Positions 12,761 through 26,354 are shown, numbered from the whole stretch's first letter. The stretch is 55,300 bases of DNA, filler included, from Sphacelaria rigidula (GCA_964200075.2; 5 parts of 5 records of this genome joined end to end with filler, not necessarily neighbours in it), one strand, 5' to 3'. The notes: generated by a model not told the origin, from the letters alone. A program made the numbers and translations.

Positions 12761-13130
12761 GCCCCGTGGCTCAGTTGGTAACGTCGATACCTCCTGACAG
12801 TTGGGTGGTGGGTTCGGATATCGGTGCAGTCACACGACCTGGGATTTATTCTCACATCATGCCCAACAGAGGGGAGCGACTATGCCGTGAGTACACAATA
12901 TTCGACTTCACGGTCGACGAGGGAACGGGATCGCTGAACCCCTCTCGCGATAAAAAGTAAGACAAGCATCACGGAAGGAAGGTGGAGAACTACAACAAAT
13001 AAAGATACAGGAAAATACTCTTGTGTTGGCCTTCCTCAGGTGTTATCCCGACTGATTCGCCCACATACACCGAAGGATGTAGACTGGCGTCCAGAATACA
13101 TGGGATGACAACACAACAACACACACACTC
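12761..13130 (+). mobile_element. tRNA-derived SINE, family A
   Basis: Head GCCCCGTGGCTCAGTTGGTA (A box) and GGTTCGGAT (B box), shared body, CA-rich tail. Confidence 0.85.
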
Positions 13131-13329
13131 CACTCGGGAAATCTAGATGTTTTTGAGCCACGAGCTTACCTTATCCCGAGGGTCGGACATGTAACGACTC
13201 GTCTGAGAAATCTTGCTTTTAGTGTATTTGATGCGCACGGTACGCATCAATCCTCCTTGGTTCCTCCCGTGCTTGTTCTCCCCATCCACTCCCACCCTTG
13301 AACCTTTCGATTACTAACGCGCACCAGCA

Positions 13330-13790
13330 TCCTCTGCATGCTCCGAAGGCGTAGAAGGGAGGTTTGGAAGTGCAGACTTCGTACCGTGGCCTGTGTTCGC
13401 ATGCACAAATCATGGTACGGCGTCTGCACTTCCAAGTCCCTCTTCGGCGACAGCATAGCATGCAAAGGATATTGTGCGCGTGAATAATCGAAACGCTGCA
13501 AGAGAAGTCTCTGCATGCTCCAAGGGCGCGGGAGAGGGGTTTGGAAGTGCAGATTTTGTACTGCGGATAGGGTGTATGTAGAAAACACACTGTGCTGTTT
13601 ACCTATACCCCATCCACGGTACGAAGTCTGCACTTCCAAACGCCTCTTCGGTGCCCTGGGGGCATATAGATCATATTGGTACGCGTGAAATGCTGCAAGC
13701 ATGTTCCTCCCATTGCACCCTGTGCGCTGTACACACATACCCTCTGCAAGGTACGAAGTCTGCACCTCCAAACTCGTCTTCCGCGTCCCC
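13330..13790. repeat. Array of alternating inverted ~22-bp motifs
   Basis: GTACGAAGTCTGCACTTCCAAA occurs five times in orientations -,+,-,+,+. Confidence 0.85.
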
Positions 13791-13829
13791 GTAAGCTCCT
13801 CTCTTCCCCCCAGACACGCCTGAAGAACT

Positions 13830-14900
13830 CTTAACGAGCGAGAATCCCGAACGAAGTGGCAAGCGATTCCGGACAATGGCTACACCATAAACGTTACACC
13901 GCCGAGAACTAGCCGACAATGACACGGTCTATGTTGAACGTGCACGTGGTTCGTCGCCGGCGATGGCCGTAGCAACCTTTCGCCGCTCTCTCCTCCCCCT
14001 CCCCTCCCTCCCACCCCTGACAGTGTAGAACGATTAGCCCACTCAGAGATCTGGAAGGGTTCAGGAGAGATGAGGTGAAAGATAGGTGCTTTGTATTCCG
14101 GAGCCGTACGCTCGCGGGCAGAAGGCAAGTCTCGACATGTGCGTATGATTCGTCACCAGCTGTCGGCATCCTACTATTTCACCCCTTTGCAGGATAAGTG
14201 AAACGGACCAGGGTTCGAATCGTAGTCCAGTGGTTGAGGGTGTAGTCATGATATTGCATACCATAGTCATGAGACCGTTGACCTCGCATCCCTACAAACC
14301 CGGGACGGAGCACGCCGGGTTTTCGCCGGACCAGGCTCGCAATCAATCACCAAGCGCGAAGCGCCGTGATGCCTTCGGCGAGTTCCATCAGGAGCGAGCG
14401 GCATCCTCTTGGCTGCTAGGGGGGGAGATTGATGGTCAAATCACAGTGGAGTTTGTGTGAGAAGCTGAAGAGCACGTATGCGCGCCGAATGCCTGGGCAT
14501 TGTGTAATGAGCGTGTCCCCTGTCATCTCTGCCTTTCTCGCCCCCCCCCCCCTGCCCCACCTCCGTCGTGAAGAATTACTGGCCGACCCAGAGTTCCGCA
14601 AAGGTTGCTGGGAGATGGTGAAGTGGATGGTTGAACCGAGTTCGGATAGCGGAGTCGACGAGGTCGGCGCCCCTTCCGATGTGGGTACTGTATCTGAGGG
14701 TGACGGCGGTGAAGGTGGTGCAGGTACTGGTTGCAGCGGCGGCGGCAGTGATTGTGCATCGAACGACCAGAGCAAGTGGGGAGGCTCGCTGCCTGGGAAG
14801 ACGCCGCCGCCTACCGATCGATGCAGGTGCGATGCGATGCACTAGGTGGGCCTACAGGAAGTATTCCTATGTAGAGTACGGGACTTGTTATCGAGTACGC
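13830..14900 (+). pseudogene. Fanzor1-like N-terminal/REC relic
   Basis: RSMLNVHVVR (~13925), GRRQVSTCAY..FHPF, LLADPEFRKGCWEMVKWMVE; no RuvC motif seen. Confidence 0.3.
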
Positions 14901-15699
14901 TTTTCCTCCGGTGCACTAGCTATGCCGATGTGTTGATCCGGCATGTCGGGTCTATCTGACTCAAGTATGGTCAACTATCGATTGTTCTGTTGGTTGATTG
15001 TCACACATTAGTTGATTCCCAAAGGATACAGCCGTGGTCATCATCCAGAAGATAGACGGGCCCAAGGGGAACAAAATGGGAACAGTCGCCGAAGGAAACT
15101 CGCGAACAAAAGAAGGCAACATATATATCTATATCTATATATGTGAAGGAATGAATCAGTGTCTTGTTACCCACGCCTGTCCTAATCATCCCTAGTCGGA
15201 CACACAGCGAGTTACGCCCCAGACCCATTTCAATCCTGGATTCCTCGCGAGTGTGCTGTTGTTGTGTCAGCGATCTCAACTCTCCTATTGGCTACTCTCA
15301 ACGCGATAGCTTCTTACTCTTGAGATAGGTCCAATTGGCGTAGATCTTCTCGTCGCACGCTCCCTCGAACTCCTTCACCCCTTCCTCGACCCCCAGGTGC
15401 TCGTTGCCCCCGTTCTTTGCACGGGGGCACCCGGTCTTGAAGGTTTTCAGTACACGAGCAATTTTCTCACATATATATATATATATATATATATTCATGT
15501 GAACCGTGCTTCATTTTTTGGTCATACCCGTACTTCGTTTAGATACACGTACTTTACGATAGTGACGGGGATGATGTCGTAAAGTGTTACGATTCAAGCC
15601 TTGTACCACTATTACTATGGGATGCAAATACTCGGAAGGTATCAACTCAAACGGGTACGTGTGCCCATATCTGCTCCCCCCCCGTCCAACCTTCAGCTT

Positions 15700-17400
15700 T
15701 CGAACCGCGCACGCTATGCGGTTTTGGATGGTTTATGCGACTTCCCCTCGATGTAACATGTAGAGTAGTGCTTGTAGGCGTATGTGAACCCCAGATGGGC
15801 ATGAGCAGTTGGCAAGAGCTGCCCTAAGTATTCATCGTATAATGCAAGGGCGCGCAGCAGCCTTTTCATAACGGCTGAGGGACGCCGTTGCACATTTTTC
15901 CCGTTCATGTATCGCTTCGTTGAGTTCCGGCCTGTCAAAACTCTGTCGATCCACGACCGCATGTTCTGTTGCCGGGAGAGCCTGTCACGATGTTTCCCTC
16001 GCGTAGCAGCTAATAGTAATGGTCGTGATTCGGCCGCAATGGACGATGGCACACGGTGTATGCGTGGCACGATCGTCTAGTGCCGAAATCCCCCTATCCC
16101 TGTGTAGGCGTTGCCTTTCCTCCAAAGGATATAACTACGAAGTGCCCTCCCCCCCACCCACCCCTCCCATGTAGTGCTCCGTCTCGAAAGGGTTGCGTGG
16201 CCAATGATCAAACGGCTAAGGCAAGCAACGAATGAGTACGCCTCCCCTTCCATGTATCCCCCTTCCGCCCCCCTCCCTACCATATACCCCCTAATGGTTG
16301 GCATCGGTTGGCAACGACGGTGTTGAACACGAATCTTACTGGGTGAGCTAGGCAACCAGGTTACCGGGTTTTTTTTGCGTGTTATATTTGCGGTAACCAT
16401 GATGGTGGTCAAGTTAGATCATGTCGTGCGGGGTGAAGAACCTCAACTCCGCGCAAAGGGGATGATGGTAACATGTAGTGCTGAAAGGGTGAGACACCCA
16501 TGAGGCAGTGTGTAACCCGTGGCTGTCTCTGAAAAAGGTGATGCCAGAAATTGAAGTAACTCATTCAAGGCTGTCACCCATAAGCAAGACTATCAGTACG
16601 CGCCAGGTCAAACAAAATGAGCAGGGCGCAGGCCACCCCCCCATGCGACTCGCCGAGCACATCACGGCGCTTCACGCTTGGTGCTTGATTGTGAGCCTGG
16701 TCGTGCCAAAAACCTTGTGTGCTCCGCCCCGGCTCTGTAGAGATGCGAGGTCGATTGTCAAATGGCTAAGGCATGCAAGATTATGAGCACGCCCCCACAC
16801 CCCCTCAAAGCCCGTACGTCTAGGGTCCAACTAGTGACCTCGGCGATCGTTGTGTTGGAATTGCAACAATCACACCAATTCTTATGGAAGCCGCCCGCAA
16901 TCACGAAACTGCGCTTGTTTTTGAGGGGTCCGAAAACTTGAAAAAACGACACACGACTATCTCTCACGGCTACGAGATGAAGAATGCCGCTTTCAAGTTG
17001 GAAAGTCCGACCGTTTTGCAGAACCTGGCGTTTCAGTGATGGCAGTTTTCATCTACGCCAACGTTTTCAGACACCATCCAGCTTCGTCTCTTCGTCTTGC
17101 CCAGAGCAAAGATCTCATCTTATGGAGAAATCACATGGCATGCGAGACAGGCTAACTCCTGACCACTAACTGGGCACGATGTGCTATTATTTTATCAGCA
17201 ATCGCTCAGTAGTCGAGGAGTGCCGGAGTTTTTTCGAGACCCTGGTAAATGGTTTCAGAACAGCTCCATTATATCTGCGCGCAGAGTCGCGTAAGCAAAG
17301 CACCGTGCACTGATGCGCACAAAACCTACATAGTGGAAGGTCGTGTCTAGGGGGTTCTGTGGGTGTCAACTACAGAGTAACGTATACCTTTACCCCTTTG
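15700..17400 (-). pseudogene. Fanzor1-like relic
   Basis: HLVAVRDSRV (~16950-16980, RuvC-I-like), then a repeat insertion (~16080-16810), then RLSRQQNMRSWIDRVLTG, RPSAVMKRLLRALALYDEYLGQL (~15815-15885, RuvC-II), YAYKHYSTC, LHRGEVA*TI (RuvC-III-like). Confidence 0.6.
16180..16805 (-). repeat. Repeat family C
   Basis: Reverse complement of 5760-6300, plus a module also found at 7008-7065 and 54385-54450. Confidence 0.85.
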
Positions 17401-17559
17401 GGGCCGAGGGCTCACGAATAATTGAAGCGTGGATTGATATGAGTTGCCGTGAGTGTGGATAAATGACGCACGAACTTCAACACATGCGTGCAGTCTATGT
17501 GGCTGCATCCCGCATCGGTAACAGCTTTTACCAGCGGCGCACCGCACAGCGGCGCACTA

Positions 17560-18120
17560 TTCAGTACAGTTCCACGTACGTCCACAACAGCGTATTAATG
17601 ACGGTACCTGTGATCGACGGACATGAGTCCCAGTGATCCCAGGGCAGCAGAGATGTGTGGTGGGGTGTGATAGCCAACAACGAGCAAACAGAACGGTGCT
17701 ACAGCACCGTATATAGTCAGGTTCGGAGAGATGTGCGAATGGAATAAATGTTGATCAGTTTGTCTGCTATAGGTGGTGGTGGTGTGTGCGCCCGACCACG
17801 CCGCTGCCATCCGTGGCTGGAGACGGTACGCAGAAGTGATCATCTGCGTTGCCGCGCCTCTCAGGCGTCACGTGCGCGTCGCTTCCCTCGCGTTTTCACG
17901 TTACTTGTTCGTGCATTGGTGTATTCATGTTGATGTGCTGCTTGTGTGTCTTTCAGGGGTGAGTGCCCAAACCATGCTGGAAGGGGGTCGGGGAATGATA
18001 GGTTGGTTGGACACTGATATCACGTAAAGAAAGATACGCGCGTGATTTCTCTGCTTGGGTCATCGAGATAATGTCCTACTATCGTAGACCTGAGCTGCTT
18101 CTAACGCCTTGTTTCAGAAT
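17560..18120 (+). pseudogene. Fanzor1-like C-terminal relic
   Basis: RGWRRYAEVIICVAAPLRRHVRVASLAF, WLDTDIT, YYRRPELL; directly similar to the relic at 28490-28960. Confidence 0.5.
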
Positions 18121-19900
18121 GTGTTGGCGCCAACCAGCCTGGTTTTCAATCACACTTTTCGGAAGGCATCGCAATGCATTGCAGTCGCTAGCCGCTTGGT
18201 TGCTCGTCCGCTGTGGGTGTGATTGCCTTGGCTCCCACCGGAAAAATCGCTCCGATTTCATCAGCAAACGCTGCGAGAGTCTCAGACCTGAAAGGGTCAC
18301 TTGTGCTGCGTGCAGCGGTGTAACAAATGTCCTGTGTGGGTAGAGTATGACTCTCTGTTTTGTACTTGTTGTGATTTTGAGCGTTCTCCCAAGATGGAAG
18401 ACGAAGTTCGGGAACAACGCTCAGAAGCGTGAGCTTCAACGGCAAGGAGAACGATTTGAGTTGTTTCCATTTCACGTCCAAAGTTTTTGCGACACGATTT
18501 CGCACGTCGAGTAACTTATGACTTAATTCACAAGGATGGTGGAACCCAGTTGAAAAAGTCACCACTCGGTTGAGCCACATAACTCAGCCAGTGGGCAATG
18601 GTACCTCTGAGCTACACAGTAAAACTCAGTCAGTAGAAGTAGGTAGCGTAAAATAGGTACGCTGCGTTAACCCAGTTGAAAAACTCACCGCTCGGTTGAG
18701 CCACCAAACTCAGCCAGTGGGCAATGATACCTCTGAGCTACACAGTGTAACTCAGTCATTGGAAGTAGGTATGAATAGCGTAAAATAGGCACCGCTCAGT
18801 GTAAATGAGTAGCGTATAATAGGTACGCTGCGTTAACCCAGTTGAAGAAGCCACCGCTCGGTTGAGCCACATAACTCAGCCAGTGGGCAATGGTACCTCT
18901 GAGCTACACAGTATAACTCAGTCAGTAGAAATAGGTGGCGTAAGATAAGTACGCCGCGTTATACCGTATACCTCAGCACCTGAGTTGTGCGAGAATGAGT
19001 CAAGTGAGTTGGTCTCGGTGACCGACATGTTCACCTGTTGATATGTTTGTTTTTGGCACTCCGTATGCGATGTCCAATGAAGTGTTTTGTTCTGTAGTGA
19101 CATTCCGCATCATGGTGAGTCGGCGGGGAATCTACTCTCTGGATGGTGTAGTAACGGTGCTCGCCGGACCTGTTGCGGCAGCGGTTACACCCTGCTCCAA
19201 GGCAGTGTTGTCCAATCGTCGCGCGTCGGTGTCATGGGTTGATGATGATAATCCTGTCGCGTCGGCGTTCACGTTCACGTAATCCGCTCGCTGCGGTTGC
19301 TGCTACTGCTGCTGCTGCTGTTGCTATTGCTGCTGCTGCGGTTGCTGCTCCGAGGATTCAGCATCTAAATACGCTACTTTTTTAGCCGGCGACGACGAAG
19401 AAGTGTTCTTAACTGGTGGTCATTATCCATAACGACGTGGTCGGCGTCGATACACAATCGTTCGAATCAACCGAAAACGAAGTTGACTCTCCTGAGGACC
19501 CTTCCGGCGATTCCAGACTTCCAGCTGGGCGGTTGGACAACGTGAACGAAAGTGCGCTGTTTTTTTTTCGATGCCATAACCCCTGAGCTGCATCGTCGGG
19601 ATTGATGCAGAGTCATTCAAATCAACCGTATCCATGCAGGGTTTTTTCCCCCGAGGAGTTTCCTTTCGACAAGTACAGATTCAGAGCTGGTCGTTTGGGG
19701 AATTTGAAGCAAAAATGTTTTTTAAACGCCTGTGGTCCATGACGATATAGTCAGCACCGACACTCAACCGTTTGAATCAATCGTAATTTTTTTATGTTGT
19801 TCCATTATTTACGTTCTGGCAGCCACAGACTCAAGAGCTGGGCGATTGAGAGACTCTAAGGAAAGTTAACTGAAAACGAGTAAGGCTGACTTATACTACA
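18120..19900 (-). pseudogene. Fanzor2-like relic with an internal tandem amplification
   Basis: SLWLP (~19820), VYGITRRTYLT (~18940-18975, RuvC-I-like), DVRNRVAKTL..SLP, TLSGLRLSQRLLMKSE (~18250-18300), RTSNQAASDC; also a poly-Q tract with CAG>TAG stops. Confidence 0.6.
18545..18962. repeat. ~125-bp tandem repeat, about 3.3 copies
   Basis: Units start ACCCAGTTGAA at ~18545, ~18670 and ~18836. Confidence 0.92.
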
Positions 19901-20112
19901 CAGAATATTCCATTGCACTAACCGATGCCGCGTGAAATCAACTGTGTTGTATGGTCGATTGCACACTGTGAAAAATGCTTGACCAAAACAAACTCTTCAA
20001 CGGAGCCTCCGGTGTCTCCTATATCTGAGTATCCTAAATACACACACACACACACACACACACCCCGTCAGCGTCAGTCGACCAGAATGAGATCTCCACA
20101 TTGAGCCGGGTC

Positions 20113-20462
20113 GCCCCGGTGGCTCAGTTGGTATCCTCGAAACCTTCTGATGGTTGGGTCGTGGGCTCGAAGCTCAGAGCGATCTACGTTTTTCTCACAC
20201 AATGCTCAACAGTGGAGAGCGACTATGTCATGGGTACACAAAATTCGACTTCACGGTCAACGAGGGAAAAGGACTGCTGAACTCCTCTTGCGATAAAAAA
20301 AAATAAAGGCAACCACGGCAGAAGGAAGGCGGAGAACTAGGGCAAATTAAAAAGGGAAAAAAACTCCTGTGTTTGCCTTCCTCCTGTGTGACCCCGGCTG
20401 GGGCGCCCACATATACCGAAAGGTGTAGACTGGCGTTCAGAATAGATGGGACGGCAACACAG
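20113..20462 (+). mobile_element. SINE family A
   Basis: GCCCCGGTGGCTCAGTTGGTA head; body matches 12761-13130. Confidence 0.85.
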
Positions 20463-20469
20463 TACCAAT

Positions 20470-20850
20470 CGCACCATTCTATGCACGCCTTCTTGTGTTA
20501 ACATACAGGTTGACTCGGCTGTTCAAGTCTTTTGGCGGGGGTCGAACCGTGGGCGACGTTCTGCTTACAGATATGGAGCTCCTTGAACTCCTCGACCACC
20601 GGAAGTAAGTGTCTCAATTGTTAGCCCCGCGGCGGCGGAGGTAGATGTCATCAAAGCTCAAATGTCATTTTCACTCATTTGCTAAACGCTTGGCCGCATG
20701 CACTCGCACTGTTTTTCGTGTGGAACTCGTGGAACCGGGTGTTCACCGTCAGGGTACCCGTGCGTGCTGTCGGTCCTCGAGGTCACCACCGATTGCCAAG
20801 CGAGTTGCGGTATCAACCGAGGATTGCATGCGCTCACCTTTTACCTTGGC
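20470..20850 (-). pseudogene. Possible IS607 tnpA relic upstream of the Fanzor2 relic at 18120-19900
   Basis: DLEDRQ and EEFKELHICKQ loosely resemble resolvase DLxRQ and GxVxEVVV motifs; position and orientation fit an IS607 element. Confidence 0.2.
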
Positions 20851-20999
20851 GATTTGCTCATTTTTTTTACTCGGATGTTGACCTTTCCCGCCAGATTCGG
20901 TTCTAAGACATTTTGTGTGTTTCCATGTTATTTGTTTTTTCAACGTTCCTGTGTGTCCTGTGTTTCACGTCTTTTCGTGCGTCGTTAATGTGGATTTCG

Positions 21000-23050
21000 C
21001 GACTGCAACCTGGCATTACAGTGGTTGTTGTATTCTACTGACATCCGCCGCAGTTGGCGGTACACGACGTATGTTTCACCTGAGTAGCGCTGTGTGTGCA
21101 TTTAACTATGTTTCTTTTCTTGTATATATAATATAGCAATGACGAAATTAAGATGAATTATCGATGACCTGAAAGGTACGTTTCACGGTTTGAACTGCAT
21201 CAACCCCCGACACGCTTGCGTAGAGGCATCTGGGTAGTTCACAGGGTACTTCCGCCGTGTCTGTTTCTGAGATTTACTTGATCAGTGCTGCGGTGCGGGT
21301 CTCAAGATGAGTTGGGCAGTTTACAGTCAATACTTACCGTACTGTACTGGAACCCCCGACTACTGCATCCCTTTGCTCGTTGTGTCTCTACGCCGATACC
21401 TTATGTGATCGTGTCGATCTTGCACACACTTTGGTTCAGGGTGTCTCATCTTGGCGCGGTGCCGTAAAATGCGACTCCTCGCCATATGCCGTCAACATTG
21501 CGTGCAAAACGTTCGACTCGGTATAGTTTTCAAGTACAACAGCGGTGTAATGGGAGATCCCCGCCACAGTGCCGTCATGCGGGCTTGGCAATCCAGCGCA
21601 CTATGACGGAATTTCCGCCCTATTTCAGTGTTCAGGGTTCCGGGCACCGACCGTCAGGAGGACGACATGGATCTTTGGGAGACTCTGGTCGTTCACATAT
21701 ACTGCACAGATTGGGCTCAATGTCTACCGTACCGTCTACTGCAATCGCGTTCACTTGTGCGTCTCCGTTCAAACTCGCTTAGCGTTATAACGGCGGTCCT
21801 CTTGACGTCGACAGGTGTATCTGTCGTTGGAAATACCCCCTCGAGATCTGTTGATTTATCATTATTTGTAATAATAATAATTATTTTTATTTTTATTTCC
21901 GCACATTAGTCCGATCCCTCGAACTCGTAGTCACAGACGTGAGCTCGTCTTTTAATTACCGCCCCTGCTATTCCTTACAAGACATACAAGCTGGGCCGCC
22001 TAAGAAGCTCACTTTCCTTCAGCCCGTTCTAACTGACGATGTATCGCGAGTTGTGCCTACCATNNNNNNNNNNNNNNNNNNNNNNNNNNNNNNNNNNNNN
22101 NNNNNNNTTAATTAATTAANNNNNNNNNNNNNNNNNNNNNNNNNNNNNNNNNNNNNNNNNNNNAGAGAAAAATGCCACTTCAACCCCATATTTTTTGTGA
22201 ACCTCATTTTCTAGGATCCACTGTTGTGTGGTATCCATTTGAGTCCAATTATCTGGCAGTTCAGAATGCTGCTGAAGCAGCCAAATCTAGCGGCTGTCAA
22301 TTCCAAACGTTTTCATTCACGAATGGCCGGAAATCCCAGAAACCCTCAGATATCAGAAGAAGTGTACCACTTGTTCCAGGTCTTCCAACACAGTCGCCCT
22401 CACATACCGGTTCTATACATTCTGGTTTGGAGTCATTCGCAGACGTGGACACTGTAATGCGTGAGAGGACCGCGTGCTTGGGGGACCGCACCGGAATTTG
22501 AACACCCCTATGGGTAGGGTTAAGGTTAGGGTTTGTATTGGCGTTATGGTCACGGGCGTAGTACCTGCAGGGACTGGCCCGATTGGTTTTGAAAACCATC
22601 GATCCTGCGGTGTTTTGAACTACGACGCGGTCCTCTAAGCACGCGGTCCTCTCACGCATTATATCGGGATCATGGTCAGAGGAATCACAATCCGCTGTAC
22701 CTTCTTCACGCAATTCACACTTTCCACATATACTACACCGACGTCTTTTCGGGGTAAGGAAAGCTACCCTATGCGTTGAATTACCTGTGAGATGGTGTGC
22801 GAGATGGCTCCAGTGCGCTGCCAAATGTTCTGCAGGTCAACCATGCAGATGCCTTCACCTGTGCCCGGTACGATGCAAACGGCGAGTCTTGAGCACGAAT
22901 GCACTGCTTCCGATACTTTGTAGACTGACTCTGACGGCTAGAAGGAGTACCTGGTTTGGAGTGCTTGACAGTTGCAGTCATCACTCTTGAAGACTCATCC
23001 CGCTCCGCTTTTTCCGTAAGTTCTCTGTTGTCGCGCTCTTGCTTAGCCTG
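21000..23050 (-). pseudogene. Fanzor1-like relic (spans an assembly gap)
   Basis: TATVKHS..KASAWL (N-terminus), QQHSEL..TQQWILEN, AIAVDGTVDI (21719-21748, RuvC-I), VPVQYG..RPAPQH..RRKYPVNYPDASTQAC (~21210-21355, RuvC-II), LNAH..NIRR. Confidence 0.65.
22453..22663. mobile_element. MITE with TGT..ACA-type termini (Ginger-like)
   Basis: TIR TAATGCGTGAGAGGACCGCGTGCTT; no TSD seen at this copy; family copies at 26355, 27153 and 32567 (partial). Confidence 0.85.
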
Positions 23051-23099
23051 TCGACGAGTTTTGTGAAAAAACGGGTACAAACTGTTGTGTCATGACTAG

Positions 23100-23800
23100 C
23101 AAACCATCAGGTGGCTTGTAAGGTACCTCAGCTGATTCTCTATGCGACGCGTGCCGCCAACTAAGCAAACGAGGTCGCGATTTTTCACGCCCGGGCTCGC
23201 GCACTTATTCTCGAGAAGTACGTCCATTGAATCGCCTTCACTGCGTGGAATTGGTCGGATGTTTGACTGGTTGATTGTCGCACTACCTTAACAAATCTCC
23301 GAGGGATCCAGTCGTGGTCATTATCCATAAAATATACGTACTCAAGATGAACAAAATGGAAATTATGTGGTACCATTTTGGCGACCACCATCGATGAGCA
23401 TCAGAGGCAGCCAGGCAAAGGGGAGTGCTGCAGGCGCACATGTATCTGTACGATCGCGTAGGCATGCAAACAGCGCGAGCTTTGTCTCACGTTTCTATCG
23501 TTCAAGCTGTGTTGTTCATCTTGAGATAGCATCCGAGTGTCAACGTCGAAGTCTTCACTTGAGTTGTACTTGAAGCAGTTATCACCATCAGTCCCGATCG
23601 AGGATGTTTCACGCGGGGAGTCCAATGTCATCCTCGCAGGTGATGTGACATTTGCGGGAGCGTGCTGGAAACGCCTCTGTACGTAGTGTAAGAGAGGGCG
23701 ACGAAAGGGCTAGTTGCACACGGTGCACTTGGGTTCGCGTTCAGGTACGTACGAACGCACATGGCTTGCGTGGTCTGTTTCTTGACGCTGCGTTTTACTC
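23100..23800 (-). pseudogene. Additional Fanzor1-like WED fragment
   Basis: SSIGTDGDNC (~23575-23605) matches the Fanzor1 SIxTDG motif, followed by PLPG. Confidence 0.3.
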
Positions 23801-24335
23801 GTGATGTATGGTGTACGTTCGGAAATTAAATTGAAGAGGTCAAGATAGCCACGCCATTGCAGGCTACCTACTATACCCTACCTATGTTGTGAAGACTTCC
23901 TTTGTTCCACCCGCCCGCTTCGTTACAGACCCTCCGCTTCAAGCGTCCGACCACACAAACGCAAGCACAAACGCACAAATACGTCACCTTGATTTCATGG
24001 AGATCGCGCATCGAACTTGAAAGCGAGCTCAAGTAGCCGCCCGCACCATCCTTGCCATCGATCACCGGGATATCCAAATGATTGTTCACGTGGACCAGGT
24101 TGAGAGCCCCTAGAGTCATCACGCCAGGTGCCGTGGTAGTCGGCCCAGCAATCGCCGGATCAGGCATTATTATCACGTTGTGAGCAGCGCGGGAGCGACT
24201 ACCGTTGTTGTTGTGAGCGCTGTTACTTTTGCGTGTTCCCCCATGCTTTGTGTTGGATGAAGAGTGTGCCTGATGTTGTGGCGGAGAACGATGCACATTC
24301 CAATTGGATTCTCCCGATTTTCATCAACACCGTTG

Positions 24336-24336
<1 letters not shown>

Positions 24337-24416
<80 letters not shown>

Positions 24417-24448
24417 CCATCATCACCATCACCATCACCATCATCATC
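24337..24448. repeat. (CAT)n microsatellite
   Basis: Visible directly; reads as poly-Asp in one minus-strand frame. Confidence 0.97.
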
Positions 24449-26354
24449 TTCACCTTCACATATGTGCAAGGGCAACAAACCGTGCAGTATTGCATGTGTC
24501 CTTGCAAGGATTGACGGTGTATCTCAATCTACTCTCCTAGCCATTCGAAACGAGCCTCTGCCCCATCCCAACAGTCCTCAGCCCGTACAGTTCAAGCAAG
24601 AAACTTGGATTTCCTTCGCCCCCGGTCCTCCACTCGTTCATCGTGCGATGTACTCACTCGAATAGCCAGGGCAACCTCCATACGCCTCCGCAAATGTATG
24701 GCCGACTTCCTGGATAGAGACGTGGAATTGAATGCAAATGCCTGCACAGATGTACCACCTCTCTCCTTGCCTTTTGATGCTCTCCTCACGATTCCTTTGC
24801 CACGCTTACGTTGCTGCGGCCCTGACTCATACGAGACATATTTGTGGAAATCAAAACGTTGAGGGTTGCTGGTAAATAAATGTCCACAAGCACAGAAGGC
24901 AAATATCGTCAACATGGATAAATACACCTCCTGCCCATGGTTGAAACAATGTACACCCACGACTGTGGTTGGTGTACGTGTATCATCTGACTCGCTGAAT
25001 ATCTGCCGATCCAGCGATAACCCATGGCGGCGAAGGAACCCCCCTTACTACACGAGATATAAGCGACGCACCTTGCCGCTCTGCAGTTCTGACAGATGTA
25101 GAATTGCTTTCTCTCTCTGACTTCCTTGCCGAGTTGTTCGGCGTATCGATAGCGGCAGGTGACCTAACCTCGCCGTCTCCCCAAGGCAAGTGGAATGACG
25201 AGTAGACAAGCTTGCGCTTGCGCTTTGGTAGACTGGTGCGGGTTAGACCAAGTCGCCCTCCCATAACGATGGGGCCTCTCGGCTTTGGAGATGCATCGTC
25301 AACACCGCCACGGAAACTTTCCTGAAACGTATCTTGTTCGACAGTAGATCCATTGGTGGAAACCTTACGCGCTGGTGACAACATGTCGGGATCTTTGGTG
25401 TCGTGGCACCTTGAGGCCCCTCCCGATGGTCGAAACCCTATATTTTCCTGTTCCGAAATGCTTCCTTCACAATCATCGCCATCTCTGAAGTGGTTGAGCG
25501 AAGTGTGGCCTATCGTGGCTGTAGCCTGCGACCTGGTAGCCCCGCTCGATTCCTCTGGTGTCGAACCCTTCAGGCAAAGGGAAAATGGCTTCACGTACTT
25601 GATGAACTGGTGAAGCATACCGGCGGGGGCGTGCTGGAACTGAGTTACACCAACACCCGTGGAAGTGCCACCCCTCTTCCCGCTTCCCTCCGTCTTATCG
25701 TGCTCTGCGTTGTCGCGAGTGCTGTCGCTACCGGTAGCGCTAAGTTTGGTGCCATCAAAGGCTCCGGCAGGAAAAAGAGGGGTGCTTACTGTATCCACGT
25801 CGTTGCCAGTGGTGGATTCTTCAGTATGTGCAAAATCGTCGACTGAATGCAGCGATTGTAACATGATATTCTCTGGTAGCAGGTCTTTTGCCGTGGCTTG
25901 CCCTAGTCGAAGTTTCACGAAAAGCTCAGCCCTAGCGGGGAGCGACATGGTCAAGACAGAATCGCCACCGATATTCACGTCCTGCCCTGACAGAGATTGT
26001 GATTTTTCAACATTCGGGTTATTGACGGCCTTCGGTTCAGCGGAAAGGCTGGTGACTGTTGTGGCCTCGGGTGCCCACTGCCAGAAGGAGAAGTTTCCCG
26101 TACAGAGCGCGGCGAGGACAGGCAGGTCACAATTGTCACGGTGTTCTGTTTTTCACTTTGGATGCTCGCACGGACGGAAGTTACATCGAGAGCAGCGATG
26201 TAGCAAGCACCCATCCTGTTAAGTGAACAACTTTTCATGGTGAACCACTTAGACTCCCACTGGTAGACAGGAATCTGGTTCTTCAACAGATTGCCTCATA
26301 CCGGCATCAATTCCACGCCTAGGAGCACACGAGCAGAGGTCAAGTTGTACGGAG

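Noticed and set aside
12761-12835. tRNA genes (also at 20113, 6788 and 53750)
   Set aside because: No proper cloverleaf, and each is followed by a shared SINE body, so these are SINE heads.
13330-13790. CRISPR array
   Set aside because: The repeats alternate in orientation, spacing is irregular and there are no cas genes.
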